Of a stretch of 64,000 nt of DNA, positions 61,438-64,000 are shown in pieces. The DNA comes from Myxococcota bacterium (lineage in GTDB: Bacteria; Myxococcota_A; UBA796; SXON01), in assembly GCA_040386535.1 (NCBI GenBank), contig JAZKFH010000018.1, forward strand, positions 41,079 to 105,078, written 5' to 3'. Each line of letters starts with the position of its first letter. Position 1 is the stretch's first letter. The notes under the pieces are model-generated. The model did no database searches and had not been told where the DNA came from. It saw nothing but the letters and a program-made list of their open reading frames with translations. Made by a program: the position numbers and the translations under genes.

Positions 61438-62402
61438 AGTCCCCTCCGTTCCCCGCGATCCCGCGGGCTCCCGTGGCGCCGCCCCGGGGGCTGCCCCTAC
61501 GTCGCCTCGCGCGGTTGATTCCGCGGGACCGCCGCGCCCGCCTCGGTGCCGTCCTGCTCGGCACGATCGTGCTGCTCACCTTCGTCGGCCCGCTCTTCAC
61601 GCTCGACCCCACCGCGCCCGTCGCGTCGCCGCTCGCGCCGCCGTCGTGGGACCACCTGCTCGGCACCACCGGGCAGGGCCAGGACGTGCTCGCCCAGACC
61701 CTCGCGGGCGGGCGCGTCACGCTCATCGTCGGCTTCACGGCGGGCGTGCTCTCGGTGCTCCTCGGGGCGACGATCGGCGCGGTGGCCGGCTACGCGGGCG
61801 GCTGGGTGGACGACGCGCTCTCGCTCGCCATCAACGTCACCCTCGTGCTGCCGGGCCTGCCGCTCGCCGTGCTCCTCGCGGCGTGGTTGCCGCCCGGGCC
61901 GGTCAGCCTCGTCGCGGTGCTGGTGTGTACGGGGTGGGCGTGGAACGCGCGGGTGCTGCGCGCCGAGGTGCTCCAGCTGCGCCGTCGGGACTGGGTGGCC
62001 GCCGCGCGCCTGGCCGGCGAGTCGCCGCTCCGCATCGTGCTCGTGGAGATCCTCCCCAACCTGCGGCCGCTGCTCGCCGCGTCGCTCGTGGGGGCGACGC
62101 TCTACAACTTGGGCGCCCAGGTCGGGCTCGAGTTCCTCGGCCTCGGCGACCCCGGCGCGGTCACGTGGGGCACGAACCTCTACTGGGCGGCCAACGACGG
62201 CGCGCTCCTGACGCGCTCGTGGTGGACCTTCGCGCCGACCGGCGCCGGCGTCGCCGCGGTCGGCCTCGCGCTCGCGCTCCTCAACGCGGGGCTCGGCGAG
62301 GCGACCAACAGCGGCGCGCCGGTGGACACGCCGGTGGAGCGCCGGATCGTCAAGCGTCCGTTGGGCCGTGCACGCGGTGATCGTGCACAGGAGACCGCAT
62401 GA
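61434..62402 (+). CDS. ABC transporter permease (OppC/DppC-like)
   Basis: HLLGTT..GQDV, AARLAGE, ILPN, FLGLG. Confidence 0.92.
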   Translation: MKSPPFPAIPRAPVAPPRGLPLRRLARLIPRDRRARLGAVLLGTIVLLTFVGPLFTLDPTAPVASPLAPPSWDHLLGTTGQGQDVLAQTLAGGRVTLIVGFTAGVLSVLLGATIGAVAGYAGGWVDDALSLAINVTLVLPGLPLAVLLAAWLPPGPVSLVAVLVCTGWAWNARVLRAEVLQLRRRDWVAAARLAGESPLRIVLVEILPNLRPLLAASLVGATLYNLGAQVGLEFLGLGDPGAVTWGTNLYWAANDGALLTRSWWTFAPTGAGVAAVGLALALLNAGLGEATNSGAPVDTPVERRIVKRPLGRARGDRAQETA

Positions 62403-63388
62403 GCGCCCTCGTCTTCGCGCCCGTGCTCTCGGTGCGCGATCTGGTCGTGCGCTACCGCGGCCCCGACGGCGACGTGTGCGCCGTGGACGGCGTGTCCTTC
62501 GACATCCGCCCCGGCGAGGTGCTCGGCCTCGCGGGCGAGTCGGGCAGCGGCAAGTCGACCGTGGCGCACGCGGTGTTGCGCATCCTCAAGGCGCCCGCCG
62601 TCATCACCGGCGGCGAGGTGTGGATCGACGGCCAGGACGTGCTCTCCCTCGGCCCCGCCGGCCTCGCGCGGCTGCGGTGGCGCACCGCGTCCATCGTGTT
62701 GCAGAACGCGCTGGACGCGCTCAACCCGGTGTTGACCATCGGCGAGCAGCTCATCGACACGTTGCGCGCGCACGCCCCCTTCCCCGACCGCCGCGCCGCG
62801 CGGGTGCGCGCCGAGGAGCTCCTGGCCCTCGTCGGCCTCGGGGAGGACCCCCTCGATCGCTGGCCCCACCAGCTCTCGGGCGGCCAACGCCAGCGCGTCA
62901 ACATCGCGCTCGCGCTCGCGCTCTCCCCCAAGCTCGTGCTCATGGACGAGCCCACCACCGCGCTCGACGTGGTGGTGCAGCGCGAGCTGCTCCAACGTGT
63001 GCTCCAGCTTCGCGACGCGCTCGGCTTCTCCGTGTTGTTCATCACCCACGATCTGCCGCTGCTGTTCGACCTCGCCGACCGCGTGGGCGTGCTCTACGCC
63101 GGCCGCCTCGCCGAGATCGGCCCCGCGCACGCCATGCGCGAGCGCCCCACGCACCCCTACACGCGCGGCCTCCTGCGCGCGATGCCGCCCCTCACCGGCC
63201 CCCGCCGCCCGCTCGCGGGCATCCCCGGCATGCCCCCCGACCCGCGCCACCCGCTCCCCGGCTGCCGCTACGCACCGCGCTGCCCGCTCGTGATGCCGCG
63301 GTGCACGGCCGAGCTACCGCTCCTGCATCCGGTCGGTCCCGGGTGGCGTGCGGCGTGTCATGCGGCGCCGGGGCGGTCGGGAGAGTGA
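62399..63388 (+). CDS. ABC transporter ATPase (OppD/DppD-like)
   Basis: GESGSGKS, LSGGQRQR, DEPTTALD, HPYT, C..RC..C...CH. Confidence 0.95.
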   Translation: MSALVFAPVLSVRDLVVRYRGPDGDVCAVDGVSFDIRPGEVLGLAGESGSGKSTVAHAVLRILKAPAVITGGEVWIDGQDVLSLGPAGLARLRWRTASIVLQNALDALNPVLTIGEQLIDTLRAHAPFPDRRAARVRAEELLALVGLGEDPLDRWPHQLSGGQRQRVNIALALALSPKLVLMDEPTTALDVVVQRELLQRVLQLRDALGFSVLFITHDLPLLFDLADRVGVLYAGRLAEIGPAHAMRERPTHPYTRGLLRAMPPLTGPRRPLAGIPGMPPDPRHPLPGCRYAPRCPLVMPRCTAELPLLHPVGPGWRAACHAAPGRSGE

Positions 63389-63675
63389 GGGCGCCGTTCG
63401 CCGTGCTCCGGGCTCGGCCTCACGGCCTCGGTCCGGCGGCGGCCGCCGGGACCGCGCGCGGAGCGCGCGCCCTGCGCGTGGCTGGCGCGGGGGGATTTCG
63501 GCGCGTCGTGGGGGCTGAACTCGGGGGCGAGTTTGGCGCGGGCACTTGGGGGCTTGGACAGGCGGGGCCGAGTTCGGCCGCGGAGCGCGGAGGAAGGACA
63601 ACCGCCAAGGCGCCAAGGCGCCAAGCCCGGAATCGGCAGAGGGCGCACGAAGGGTGGCCTCGGTGGACGCCGAGT

Positions 63676-64000
63676 GGGGGACCTGCTCGAAAGGGGGGGC
63701 TCGGTGGACGCTGCGCGGGGGCCTGCGCGACAGGGGGGGCCTCCGCGGCCGCTGTGCGGCCGCCGAGCGGGGGCCTGCGCGACAGGGGGGGCTCCGTGGC
63801 CGCTGTGCGGCCGCCGAGCGGGGGCCTGCGCGAAAGGGGGGGGCCTCCGTGGCCGCTGCGCGGCCGCCGGGGGGGGGCCTGCTCGAAAAGGGGGCCGACT
63901 TCGTCGCGGACGAACTCCAGGGGCCTGTCGGACAGGAGGGCCGACTTCATCCGCGGGGCGGACGAACTCCAGGGGCCTGTCGGACAGGAGGGCCGACTTC
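63676..64000. repeat. Tandem array of ~41-53-bp palindromic units, running off the window edge
   Basis: At least 7 units anchored on GGG(G/A)CCTG...A(A/C)AGG with internal inverted repeats. Confidence 0.9.

Noticed and set aside
63676..64000. CRISPR array, or the 176-aa ORF 63420-63950
   Set aside because: Linkers are repeated rather than unique spacers; the ORF is a translation of the repeats with no start context

Overview
High-GC bacterial chromosome segment, most consistent with Myxococcota/deltaproteobacteria (inference from gene content). Positions 1-35.3 kb hold the core translation/transcription supercluster: tpiA-secG-tRNA-Leu on +, then on - tRNA-Thr/Tyr/Gly/Thr-tuf-secE-nusG-rplKAJL-rpoBC-rpsLG-fusA-tuf-S10-spc-alpha operons and fur. 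This cluster is unusual. rplC, rpsD, infA, rpmG and tRNA-Trp are not at their usual positions, and there is no room for an L10 leader. RpoC carries a ~210-aa in-frame insert bounded by a 13-bp direct repeat, which may be a circularly permuted nitrilase-like fold. Positions 35.4-64 kb are accessory: Asp/Thr-rich lipoproteins, DnaJ, a lipoprotein-beta-barrel-HEAT operon, an operon with a catalytically degenerate carbamoyltransferase, HMG-CoA lyase and a tandem-FHA protein, PepP, a PNGase F-like lipoprotein, a Ser/Thr kinase and a family-5 oligosaccharide/peptide ABC transporter. Several small repeat families are present, including a hairpin array running off the right edge. No cas genes, integrase or transposase were seen. 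All family calls are by motif recognition, with no database searches run.
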